Virus record (IMG/VR): IMGVR_UViG_3300024265_001017
Span: 1 to 59,520 of that record
Strand: one strand, 5' to 3'
From: a virus
Taxonomy: Duplodnaviria > Caudoviricetes
DNA length: 59,520 nucleotides
Positions 46,300-55,083 of the stretch are shown here, one piece after another. Under the pieces are notes generated by a model. The model saw only the letters and a list, made by a program, of their open reading frames with translations. It was not told the DNA's origin and did not search any database. A program made the position numbers and the translations under genes. Position 1 is the first letter of the stretch; each line of letters starts with the position of its first letter.

Positions 46300-47745
46300 T
46301 TATTTCAGTTTTTTTTTACTTAGGCTCCGCGAGGCATCGGAATCATCGTCATCAACATAGTCGCCGTCTATGCTAGTTTTCGCTTCCTGTTCTGGTTTGG
46401 GGGCCGCTTTCTTAGGGCCAGTGTCAGCTTCGGCTGTCTTTCCGCCATCTTCTAGGTTCTGTGATTTCTTGACACCCGCCTCTATTTCTTGTACCCGTGG
46501 TTGCATCTCGCCGGTCTCAAGGTTAGCTGCCACTTTGTTGGCATCTATAAAGACAGCACCGTTCGATTCTTTCTTATAACCCAGCTTGAGCCGCTTCTCG
46601 ATAAGTGAGAGAGAATCCGCTTGGCGTATCCTGTCCCAAAGTGCTTGCTCGGACTCTTGGAGAGCTTTAATCTGTGAAGTATCGAACCTAGCTCTCAAGT
46701 TCCCTTTGGTATATCCGAAGTCTAGAAGCAACGCACCGCCGAGTTTGTCTGCTATCATTTGCCACTCGGGGGCGATTGTGTTTTCATACATGTATTCCCG
46801 TGCTTCTCTGACATTGGTAAACGTCGAGCGGTCGAGGCCGACCTTGGCCCCAACGACAATGGCTGGTACGTGGAGAGCCAAGCAAATACGACTCTCTACA
46901 ATAGCGGCCAAGTTACCAACCTCTAAATCTTTCATCGTCATAGAGGTCTGTTCCCACTTCATGCCGTGCGAAAGAACCATCGGGAGACCAGCGCGTATCG
47001 CGCCGACATAACGACTCGCCATTTTGTCTTCCATAATCGCTCGCTCTTCTGGGTTGAGCTTCTTGTCGGTAACAAAACAACCACTAGTGACTGCCATGTT
47101 CAAGAGCAGCTGCTTGGTAAACGTCCCAAGTTCGCTGTCTGCATCAATGCGCTTGGCAGCTGCTACCAGTGGAGATATTCCATAGTAGTCATCCGCTGGG
47201 TCGATATATAACAGATGGACTACATCCTCTACTGGAAGTGGGTATTCTACGGAATCAACCGTGTATATGTAGTGGGAGATGAAGGTTGTAGCGCTTGGAA
47301 CGATTTTGACTAGGTGGGGTTGCATTGTCCAGAGTTCTCGCACCCTGCCACTTGTGTCTCTAACTTTGCGAACAAAAGCGTTGCCGGTAAGTGCTAGGTG
47401 TTGCTCAATAGTCTCAAGCAGTTCGGCCTCGTCGCGGAATGCGTTTGGGTTTCGCATCAAAAGTTCGACGGGGTTGTCTTCATCCCATTCATCCGCTTTT
47501 TCGTCAAATATTTTAAGAGGAGCCTCCTTGAGTGCCCGGCTCCTTTCATCCATACAAGAGTGTACAAGCTCGTTGCCTCGGTAGGCCCATTTTGTGATAG
47601 AGAGAAAGTCTACTCGGAGACTCTTTGCTTGCCCATCTCTGGTATTTGATAACGGAATTGACAAACCCCCAGGATTTTGCAGCCTGGTGGCTTTGGTTTC
47701 TTTCTTTCGATTGAACCTCTTATTAACTTTGTCAAGAAGGCCCAC
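46300..47745 (-). CDS. portal protein (HK97 family)
   Basis: L.LTGNAF, V.H......D...GISPL, G......GM.W, I..A.HVP...VG, NV.EA; AAGGAG RBS with GTG start. Confidence 0.93.
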   Translation of the reverse strand: MGLLDKVNKRFNRKKETKATRLQNPGGLSIPLSNTRDGQAKSLRVDFLSITKWAYRGNELVHSCMDERSRALKEAPLKIFDEKADEWDEDNPVELLMRNPNAFRDEAELLETIEQHLALTGNAFVRKVRDTSGRVRELWTMQPHLVKIVPSATTFISHYIYTVDSVEYPLPVEDVVHLLYIDPADDYYGISPLVAAAKRIDADSELGTFTKQLLLNMAVTSGCFVTDKKLNPEERAIMEDKMASRYVGAIRAGLPMVLSHGMKWEQTSMTMKDLEVGNLAAIVESRICLALHVPAIVVGAKVGLDRSTFTNVREAREYMYENTIAPEWQMIADKLGGALLLDFGYTKGNLRARFDTSQIKALQESEQALWDRIRQADSLSLIEKRLKLGYKKESNGAVFIDANKVAANLETGEMQPRVQEIEAGVKKSQNLEDGGKTAEADTGPKKAAPKPEQEAKTSIDGDYVDDDDSDASRSLSKKKLK

Positions 47746-47781
47746 TTGGACAGCTCCTTTATAGTCATATCACTAAGCGTA

Positions 47782-47811
47782 AGTATATCACAAATACTTG
47801 TCGCCTGTCTA
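47782..47811 (-). promoter_or_regulatory. sigma70-type promoter with extended -10
   Basis: TAGACA-18 bp (ending TGA)-TATACT upstream of portal. Confidence 0.55.
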
Positions 47812-47812
47812 T

Positions 47813-47889
47813 TGGGCCACATGCAGGCATCGAACCTGCGACCTTCCGCTTACAAGGCGGATGCTCTGCCGGGTCTGAGCTAATGTGGC
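47813..47889 (-). tRNA. tRNA-Thr(UGU)
   Basis: GCCACAU/AUGUGGC acceptor, GCUC/GAGC D-stem, UCCGC-CUUGUAA-GCGGA, GCAGG-UUCGAUG-CCUGC. Confidence 0.92.
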
Positions 47890-47953
47890 ACAATGCTTGG
47901 TAGCCGCTTCGCCAACTTTCCCCTGGAGGATAGGCGCGTGTACCAAGCACTTG

Positions 47954-48024
47954 TTCTAGGTGCTGGGGTCGAACCAACGTTACCGGATTCAAAGTCCAGC
48001 GTCCTACCATTAGACGAACCTAGA
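47954..48024 (-). tRNA. tRNA-Gln(UUG)
   Basis: UCUAGGU/ACCUAGA acceptor (U1-A72), CUGGA-CUUUGAA-UCCGG, GUUGG-UUCGACC-CCAGC. Confidence 0.9.
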
Positions 48025-48030
48025 ATATAG

Positions 48031-48098
48031 CGAGCCTGGAAGGGATTGAACCCTCTGCTGGAATTTTGGAGACTCCTGCCCGGCCCACCAACAGACTC
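48031..48098 (-). tRNA. tRNA-Trp(CCA) with shortened D-arm
   Basis: GAGUCUG/CAGGCUC, G73, GGAGU-CUCCAAA-AUUCC, GAGGG-UUCAAUC-CCUUC; only 15 nt in the D region. Confidence 0.7.
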
Positions 48099-48396
48099 AT
48101 TTCTTTTTCTTCTTCTTCTTGTGTACAGTACGGTGACAATTGGCGCAAACAGGGATGCACTTCTTTAACTCTGCATGAAGTGCCTTATCGCTCGTACTAG
48201 TAGCGACATATAAAGCGTGGGGCCGTGATGCTGGTTTCGGCGTGTGATGAAAGTCGCAACACTCCGGTCGTCCCTTAAACGAGAAATTACAAATCTTACA
48301 CTTGAGCGTTTCCTTGTAGTTCGTGAGCCAGCGTCTTCGCCCTTGCTTAGCTCTTCGCCGTCCTACAACGTCTTGGGTAGGTTTCTTCTTACCCAT
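48097..48396 (-). CDS. HNH-like endonuclease (terminase-associated)
   Basis: C..C...DFHH...C..VCANCH..VH. Confidence 0.75.
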   Translation of the reverse strand: MGKKKPTQDVVGRRRAKQGRRRWLTNYKETLKCKICNFSFKGRPECCDFHHTPKPASRPHALYVATSTSDKALHAELKKCIPVCANCHRTVHKKKKKKK

Positions 48397-48408
48397 ACCT
48401 CCCCTTTC

Positions 48409-48603
48409 TTAAACCATTGTTTTTATGCCCTCTATGCAAGCTTCACAAAGATAGAGCGCTCCCATCGGGCCTTCGATTTTGTGAATGGCTATTCGACTTA
48501 CCTGCTTGTTGCCTCCACAGGCTGTACACTTCTCGCCTACTGTTATTCGTTGAGCGCCCGCTTGTGGTAAAACCGACTTGAGCCATGCTATGTACCAGTT
48601 CAT
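48409..48603 (-). CDS. small Zn-ribbon protein
   Basis: CTAC...LCEAC; AAGGAGG RBS. Confidence 0.65.
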   Translation of the reverse strand: MNWYIAWLKSVLPQAGAQRITVGEKCTACGGNKQVSRIAIHKIEGPMGALYLCEACIEGIKTMV

Positions 48604-48614
48604 TGTAAACCTCC

Positions 48615-50129
48615 TTAGTTAGCTGGATACCAATAGTCTATCTGTTCATTAGCGACTTCCTTTGGCTGTCTCTTTGAGCCGCCTGGCACTATTATATCAT
48701 TAACTGCGGTCATGTTGTCAATCGGCGCGTAGACCAGCATTAAGCCGTCAGCCTTATCGGGAGAGCGCCCAATCTCTTTCTTTATCTGGTCTTTCTTTAG
48801 CACCCTCACCTTGCCGTTGATAATGTTGTACTTGGTAGCGCATAACTCCTCTTTTGTTTCCTCGTCAATGTTCGCGGCTATCTTGTCGTTCACGTAAATT
48901 TTTCTGAGATGCCAGTAGAACTCCGACCGCTGATTGGCACAGTCGTCATCCCCACTCTTTCCGTTCCCTGTATACTCGAAGACGTTGAGCTTTTTCTGTA
49001 TCCGTAACATATCGGCAACTCCCGCTCCAATACCAACCGCATCTACAGCGACCGGGGCTGAGGGGTCAACTCTGCGTATAATATCTCCAGCCCATTCGGT
49101 CAAACTCACCAAGTCAAATTTATGGAACTCTTTTGTAATCTCTAGTCGCTCGCCGCGGCGGTATCTCAGAATTGAGCTATCGCGTCCCAGCCGTGCAACG
49201 TCAAGCCCCCACTGATTTGTGCCGTGTGTCGAGCCGTTCCTCTTCTGAGCTTGTATGATTTTGTCAAGGGGGATAAGGGAATCGACCGCGCCGGTCGGGA
49301 ACTCACCAAATACCTTGGCTATGAAGAGGGGATTGCTCTCTCCGCCCCACTCGATGTACTTTCTACCGACCCATGCTGGGTGAATGAGCGCCGGGAAGGG
49401 CACTTTCTTACCTTCGAGCTTGCCTTCCCAGTCTCCAGTCCGTATATCGTCCATTGTTATACCCATCTCCAGAAAGTTCGGGGTATCGAACGCGCTGATT
49501 GTGAATTTTTTGAAGTGAGCCATTTCATGTGAGTGGAAGAAGTAGCCGGTAAGTGAATCTGGGTTGGATATCAGTAGCATCCTCGAATGCTCACCAGTCA
49601 TCAGTGTGGAGAGCGCATCAAAGACGGGCATTGGGATACCGGCAGCTTCATCGGCAACCAAGAGAAAGTTCAAAGAGTGGAATCCCTGAAAGTTTATCTC
49701 GTCATCCGATGCAAACCCCAGCGCAAAGTGGTCAGGGGCGATTTTAAGCCCTTTAGTAAGCACCCGCCATATCCAAGGGTAGGGTGGATTCGCTTTAGCG
49801 AACTGTGTATTGATTTCAGCCCACAATAAATTCTCTATCTGATTATTAGTTGTTGCCGTTGTCATAACTTTGGAGGGAACGTAGCCCTGGAGGAAAAGCA
49901 GAACAACGGTCGCCGCGAGAAATGTCTTACCGCTCGCGTGACAGGACTTTACGGTTACAAAGGGGTTATTGAAACAAGCTTCTATAATCTCTTGTTGGAT
50001 TTGCCAGTACTTATACGGAAAGCGGGTCTCTGCATACTGAACCGGCGTTTGTCTACATGCCCTGCGGTTCAACAGTTCCCGCTTATACTCCGTTATCTTT
50101 TGCTGTTTTTGTTTTTCACTCAGATTCAT
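48615..50129 (-). CDS. terL: terminase large subunit
   Basis: VKSCHASGKT (Walker A), VADEA (Walker B), ISNP, GLDVAR.G.D, VDA.G.G, SPD.AD. Confidence 0.93.
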   Translation of the reverse strand: MNLSEKQKQQKITEYKRELLNRRACRQTPVQYAETRFPYKYWQIQQEIIEACFNNPFVTVKSCHASGKTFLAATVVLLFLQGYVPSKVMTTATTNNQIENLLWAEINTQFAKANPPYPWIWRVLTKGLKIAPDHFALGFASDDEINFQGFHSLNFLLVADEAAGIPMPVFDALSTLMTGEHSRMLLISNPDSLTGYFFHSHEMAHFKKFTISAFDTPNFLEMGITMDDIRTGDWEGKLEGKKVPFPALIHPAWVGRKYIEWGGESNPLFIAKVFGEFPTGAVDSLIPLDKIIQAQKRNGSTHGTNQWGLDVARLGRDSSILRYRRGERLEITKEFHKFDLVSLTEWAGDIIRRVDPSAPVAVDAVGIGAGVADMLRIQKKLNVFEYTGNGKSGDDDCANQRSEFYWHLRKIYVNDKIAANIDEETKEELCATKYNIINGKVRVLKKDQIKKEIGRSPDKADGLMLVYAPIDNMTAVNDIIVPGGSKRQPKEVANEQIDYWYPAN

Positions 50130-50538
50130 CGTCGTCGCTCCTGAACTGTGAGCAGTCGATACCCTCTGCTTCCAACATGTTCATAATTTCGTCGTCGGTG
50201 GCCTCTGCCTTCCGCTTATCGTCTATAGCAATGTTCTGGTCAACCTTGAAGTTACGGGTATCTTTCCAGTCCTCGGGATAGCGATTCTGTAGATAATACA
50301 TGATAGCAAATCGGTCGCCCTCGACAGCCAGAGTAGCTAAGCGAGACTCAATAGCGAGTCGAGCGTTCGCCTCCGCGTCTTCGACCGCCTTCCTGAACTT
50401 CGGGACACCTTTCATCCAGTCGTAAAATGTTCGCCGTCCGATTCCTGCCGCTCCGAACGCGGCTGAGCGCGTACACCCAGCTGCCAGCGGAGTAGTGATA
50501 GCTTCTTGTACTTGCGGTGTGAGCTTATAGGGAACCAT
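50116..50538 (-). CDS. terS: terminase small subunit (HTH); start uncertain (50538 or 50598)
   Basis: KLTP...G.....A...AGI...TFY.W.....F..AV..AEA...A...L..R.P..W; directly upstream of terL. Confidence 0.75.
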   Translation of the reverse strand: MVPYKLTPQVQEAITTPLAAGCTRSAAFGAAGIGRRTFYDWMKGVPKFRKAVEDAEANARLAIESRLATLAVEGDRFAIMYYLQNRYPEDWKDTRNFKVDQNIAIDDKRKAEATDDEIMNMLEAEGIDCSQFRSDDDESE

Positions 50539-50600
50539 GCACAAGGCCACAGTAGCCCTTGCGTTGGACAGACACGTTATGCTTGCTTTTAAGTTCATAG

Positions 50601-50667
50601 AGCGTCCAGGTCGGAACCGCACCGCCTCACTTAGCTGGAAACCAAGCTGCTGCTATTAGCTAGACGC
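50601..50667 (-). tRNA. non-canonical D-arm-less tRNA-Gly(UCC)-like RNA
   Basis: GCGUCUA/UGGACGC + U73; CUUGG-UUUCCAG-CUAAG; GGCGG-UGCGGUU-CCG(A)CC; 67 nt. Confidence 0.75.
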
Positions 50668-50674
50668 GAATACT

Positions 50675-50703
50675 ATTATATCACTTGCCACCCTTACTAT
50701 CAA
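50675..50703 (-). promoter_or_regulatory. strong sigma70-type promoter for the tRNA-Gly-like RNA and terminase
   Basis: TTGATA-17 bp (ending TGA)-TATAAT; predicted +1 at about 50668-50667. Confidence 0.7.
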
Positions 50704-51463
50704 TCTTCCGCTTCGGATACTCAACGGTGAGCGGTTTCACGTATGTCATAATCCGCTCCCGCTCCTTGCCAGTCGCAAGAACATAAACGTACCGCCACTT
50801 GGGGTTGGTTCGGTTCTCCTTCCAACCGGCTGCAAGGAACTTTTGCCGTAGTTGGCTCCACGATAGGTTCGGGCATTTGTTAATCTTCGTGTCGTGTATA
50901 ATCTTCTGGTCGTAAATTTTGCCGTTTGGATGTATGAGCTGAGTGGTACGCCCGCCCTTCCCTATACAAATCCAATTGGTCGCTTGATATAGGGTTCCTA
51001 TTTCGCCTGCATCGGTGTCCGAGTAGGCTATCGCTATTTTGCGGCCTTTCTTTTTCTCCATCTTCAATGAGTAAGAAATGAGCTTGCTTCCCGTGCCCTT
51101 CGGTGTCCAATGGGTACATGCACCGCGGGCAAGGTAGGCCATCTCTCGCTGGTCAACCCCCAATTGCTCCGCTACCCGGTTCCCAGCCGGGCTACCAAAG
51201 CAGCAAACACCACCGCAGTAGTACTTATCGAAGAATATACCGTAGTATGTACGGCAAATAGGTAGTGTACCAAGCCATTCGTAGTGCAAAATGATTTTCT
51301 GGGCCACTTTACGGGTGGTCTGCCTCACTTTCGCTGATTTAAGGTGAGGTTCACCGCTTGGACGGGGGGCAACGTCCGCTTTCGACGGGTCTGCGGCGAT
51401 TTGCTCCCGTATTTGGCGCTGATACGCCTTATTTGACGCTTTCTCCCTAAAAGTCTGTCCCAT
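50681..51463 (-). CDS. mom: Mom-family (GNAT-fold) DNA adenine hypermodification protein
   Basis: G...FG.P, L.R......P....S.LI..SL, AYSD...GE.GT.YQATNW..IG, K.RYVY.L, YPK. Confidence 0.8.
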   Translation of the reverse strand: MGQTFREKASNKAYQRQIREQIAADPSKADVAPRPSGEPHLKSAKVRQTTRKVAQKIILHYEWLGTLPICRTYYGIFFDKYYCGGVCCFGSPAGNRVAEQLGVDQREMAYLARGACTHWTPKGTGSKLISYSLKMEKKKGRKIAIAYSDTDAGEIGTLYQATNWICIGKGGRTTQLIHPNGKIYDQKIIHDTKINKCPNLSWSQLRQKFLAAGWKENRTNPKWRYVYVLATGKERERIMTYVKPLTVEYPKRKIDSKGGK

Positions 51464-52011
51464 TAGCCGATATCCGCCTCTATTTCATACTTTTCGAGCA
51501 ATTCAAAGAGGTCTTCCCGTACAGCGTCAAAGTCAGCGACCGCAAATGTAAGAATCACCGAGTCGTCCGGTGAGGGTTCGGCCCCACCACCAGGCAACAT
51601 GCTCTGGTTGAACTGGGCAGTGAGCTTTTGTATCTCCTTCGTGTCAAAGCCCGTCACCTCTACATCCGGCAGCTTCACCTCAAGCTCTGTAAGCAAGTCT
51701 GTGAGTTTCGGGATATCCCAGCCGCCCCCTATCTTGTTTAGAGCGAGGTTGAGTGCCTTCTCCTTCTCCACTGTCAGGCTAACGATACTAACGGTCACTA
51801 CCTCGTCGCCCCGAGCCTGCAATATCTTGAGGCGTTGGTGACCGCCCACAAGGTTGCCGGTCTTCTCGTTCCAGATTAGAGGCTCAACCAAGTCGAACTC
51901 TTCCAGTGACTTCACCAACTTGTCGTAGTCTGGGTCACCAGGCTGTAGGTCTTTGCGCGGGTTGTACTCCGCTGGATTGATTAGACCGATTGAAATATCC
52001 TTTATCTCCAC
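51463..52011 (-). CDS. ParB/Srx-like N-terminal domain protein
   Basis: PA.YNPRK.L.PGD..Y.KL..S..EF..VEP..WN..TG.LVGGHQRLK.L...EKALN.ALNKI.G.WD. Confidence 0.88.
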   Translation of the reverse strand: MEIKDISIGLINPAEYNPRKDLQPGDPDYDKLVKSLEEFDLVEPLIWNEKTGNLVGGHQRLKILQARGDEVVTVSIVSLTVEKEKALNLALNKIGGGWDIPKLTDLLTELEVKLPDVEVTGFDTKEIQKLTAQFNQSMLPGGGAEPSPDDSVILTFAVADFDAVREDLFELLEKYEIEADIG

Positions 52012-54204
52012 TGCTTTTCCTCCTCCAATAGACTTAATAGCTTAGCGTAGGTAACTCCCCTGATTGGTGTGCGCCCACAAATAGTGCATTTCACCGTATA
52101 CATGTGCTGGATAGGCGTGTCATCGAGACACATGTGGTTGGTTACCTCTTTACAGCCCTTACAATAGTAGTTATCCGCAAAATTACTCATTTTCCGCTCG
52201 CTTCCTTGCAAAAAAGACTTTTATCCACTCAGAATGTGCTTTTCTGCCAATTTCATCAGCTTTTATGTTTTCATAGAATATTACCGAACCATGTAGGCGC
52301 TCTGTCACGGTATCGAACTCTTTCCAACCGTCTTTGGGTGCGACCTCTATAAGAGCTAGGTTGCCGTTGTCGTCTAAAATGTAGCAATCAGCCCAGCCTT
52401 CATCAGAATCAAAGCCAAAACAGCGGTTACTTACGTCGTTACCGTTGACTATTACGGTAAATGTCTTTCCCTGTTCTCTTGCTTCTCTCACGCTCGACCG
52501 CATTATCTTATCCTCTCAACCGCAGTAGCCAAAGCAACCAAGTCTTTGACTCCTTTTGGATTTTCCAGATGGTCGTTTATCTGCTTAGCAAGTTTCAGCC
52601 TTGCTATCTCAATTTCCTCATTTGCCGTTGTCTCTTTTTCCTCGTCGTGTTTCATCTTAACTCCTCCAGTCGAAAAAGTGTTTGTACCGTAAAAACCGCC
52701 TTTAGCCATTGCTTCTTAGCTCCTCCTTGAACTCCTTTGCTAGCGCTCCTATCTTCTGGCAGCATTTTCTTACTTTCTCTGTTGGACAGCCACCGCACCC
52801 TTCGACCAGCTCACAAAAGATAAAAGTCTCAAGCCGATGCTTGTTTACTGTTACCGTGACTTGCTCTTCTGGTATTACCTCCGCTGGTTTCAGTTGTCGA
52901 TAGTCTAACACGCTTCCTCCTCAGTGGTAAGGGCATAGTCGCCGTTTGAATAATTTCACTAACCAAAAGCAATCGTTTTTCAGTGGGCAGTTTTGACAGT
53001 TGACTTCCACAATATAGAACACCGGGTCGTCGGGTTTGGCATCGACTCTGCACTTATTACGAAAATCAACATAGATTAACTCGCCCATGTTATCTGTTGC
53101 ATTCTCAGTAGCCATCAGGTTTCTTCCCTCCATACAAAATAAATATTGAGTCGGCCAGCTTGTTCTGTACAATGCCCAGCTCTTCGGTCAGGTCACAGAC
53201 CGTTTCCCAGCTGTTGCTTTCCTTGCGTTCTATTTCAAGTATCCGGTCGGCCATCTTCTCTGCGAGCTTTATCATGCTACTCATATTGTCAGCTGCTTTG
53301 CGCTGATTCGATTCGAGTATTTCTAGCCGCTCTTCATAGCCACCGAATGGAAAATGAATGCCAGCCTTGTTGTCAACTAGAGGGTTGTTTAGAATCCTTG
53401 TAGTCAACGGCAGTGGATACGGGCCGCGCATCATTTCAGTGTGGTCATGCTGCGGCCAGTCAACACCGTCACCAGGCGTTAGGGGGGTGGGGGTCGGTTC
53501 TTCTGCACCAGCCAAAATATCATCCGACCGCATCGTGGTGCCGAAAGGTCTCAAGCGATTTTCCGAACCCGCTCGGGCCTGCGTAGGTTGCGATTGCTTG
53601 CGTGTGTCAGTGCGTAGAAACTTCGTTGACCTCTTGACAGCATGGGCAAGCAGGATAGCACATCCCACCAGCCCTACAGAGCCGATTATCAAAACTGGCA
53701 TGTATAACCCGTCAATCAGCATTACTCGACCCATCTCCCTCTGTACGTGCTACCCGGCCACTAGCAAAGGTCGTCGCACCGCCGTTGGTGTGACCGTTGG
53801 CGCTGCTTCGATAGTCGATGCGCTCATACCTTATGAGGTTCATTGGCACATCGTAAGCCATAGCCACTCGGCGTAGGTAAGCCACCCGGCTCTCGGTTGG
53901 CGTGTCATGTACTGGCATCAGTGTATCAGTCATCTAGTCTGTCCTTCCCATCTATGTACGCATCCAGCTGCCCACTAGCCTCCAGCTTCCGGTACTGCTC
54001 GTCCGTCAGCTGTAGCATAGACACATCAGCATCTATGCCCAGTAGCTCCGCGAACGCTTGGCTTGCTGCCAATGCACATGCACTAGTGTACTCACTCAAT
54101 AGCTCTGTGAACTCAGTGATTGCTCGCTCGCTGTTCGTGTACGCTGCGTACTCTTCTATCAGCTTGTCATGTAGTGCCACCACACGGTCAGTATTGTCCG
54201 CCAC
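52002..54204 (-). other. cluster of small coupled hypothetical ORFs (52002-52190, 52183-52503, 52503-52709, 52702-52911, 52921-53115, 53105-53734, 53712-53933, 53926-54204)
   Basis: Overlapping starts/stops and RBSs. 53105-53734 has an N-terminal TM helix and a coiled coil. Confidence 0.6.
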
Positions 54205-54250
54205 TATGCTCAGCTCCTTTATAAGATGTGCGCGTTGTGCGCGTCTACAC

Positions 54251-54280
54251 AGTATAGCACCCAGATACCCAGCTGGTCAA
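54251..54280 (-). promoter_or_regulatory. sigma70-type promoter with extended -10
   Basis: TTGACC-18 bp (ending TGC)-TATACT upstream of an AAGGAG RBS. Confidence 0.6.
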
Positions 54281-54494
54281 CATGGCCCACTACCCACTGG
54301 GCACCCATACCCTACGGGCAACCATACGGCTGGGTACATAGCTGGCTGGTCTTCATGCCCGGCCACCCATTCCAATACAGCATATGTTGGCCTGCACTGC
54401 TCCACCCATACTGGTAAGTACCTGGCTAGGTAGTAGTACGATAGCATAGCTATCTACTTCCCAGATAGTGTACTGTACTGCGTACACGTATCAG

Positions 54495-54683
54495 CTACCA
54501 TTCATGGTCATCTCCCATTGGGTACTCGTCCTTGTATACTGTATCGTCAAGCTCTGGCCTACACTGATATGTGGCACAGTGCGCCCGACCAGCGTATCCC
54601 ATAATCATCTTTACATCCTCTGCCGTACACTCACCAACCACACACTTGGTACAGTAGCACTCTTCACACCAGATAGTAGTCAT
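54495..54683 (-). CDS. DUF1540-like Cys-rich protein
   Basis: I.C....C......C.A..V motif. Confidence 0.5.
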   Translation of the reverse strand: MTTIWCEECYCTKCVVGECTAEDVKMIMGYAGRAHCATYQCRPELDDTVYKDEYPMGDDHEW

Positions 54684-54840
54684 CAGTAATCCCACTCCCC
54701 ATACATATCTGGCACTGCATCCTCTGGCTCATATATCTCACAGTAATGCCCAACATCCATATCATGCACTATGCTTATCTCTTCGGTAGCACACCAACTG
54801 TCAACGTTGTTGGCACAGTCAGTCAGTTCACAACGTACTT

Positions 54841-55083
54841 TCATCGACAAGTCTCCCCGAAACTATCAGCCCAATTCTCTTCCGCGAATAGGTCATCGTC
54901 ATCACTGTCATCCCCATCGTACCAATCGTCCCGATGCTCGTATGTATCACAGACAAGCTCGTTCGTATCGTCCAGTCTCTTCTCTACCTCTAAGCTAATA
55001 CGCAGAGCTATACAGCGGCCACTCTTCCAATGAGTACACGTATATTCTCCGCATGATACTATCGTCCTTGGCTCGCCTATCAT
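54841..55083 (-). CDS. DUF1540-like Cys-rich protein with acidic tail
   Basis: VSC....C.HW..G.C.A..I; C.TY. Confidence 0.55.
   Translation of the reverse strand: MIGEPRTIVSCGEYTCTHWKSGRCIALRISLEVEKRLDDTNELVCDTYEHRDDWYDGDDSDDDDLFAEENWADSFGETCR

Noticed and set aside
47765-48010. 81-aa ORF on the - strand
   Set aside because: Overlaps tRNA-Gln, tRNA-Thr and the portal promoter.
50539-50622. terS start at 50622
   Set aside because: The GTG lies inside the tRNA-Gly-like RNA; 50538 or 50598 is more plausible.
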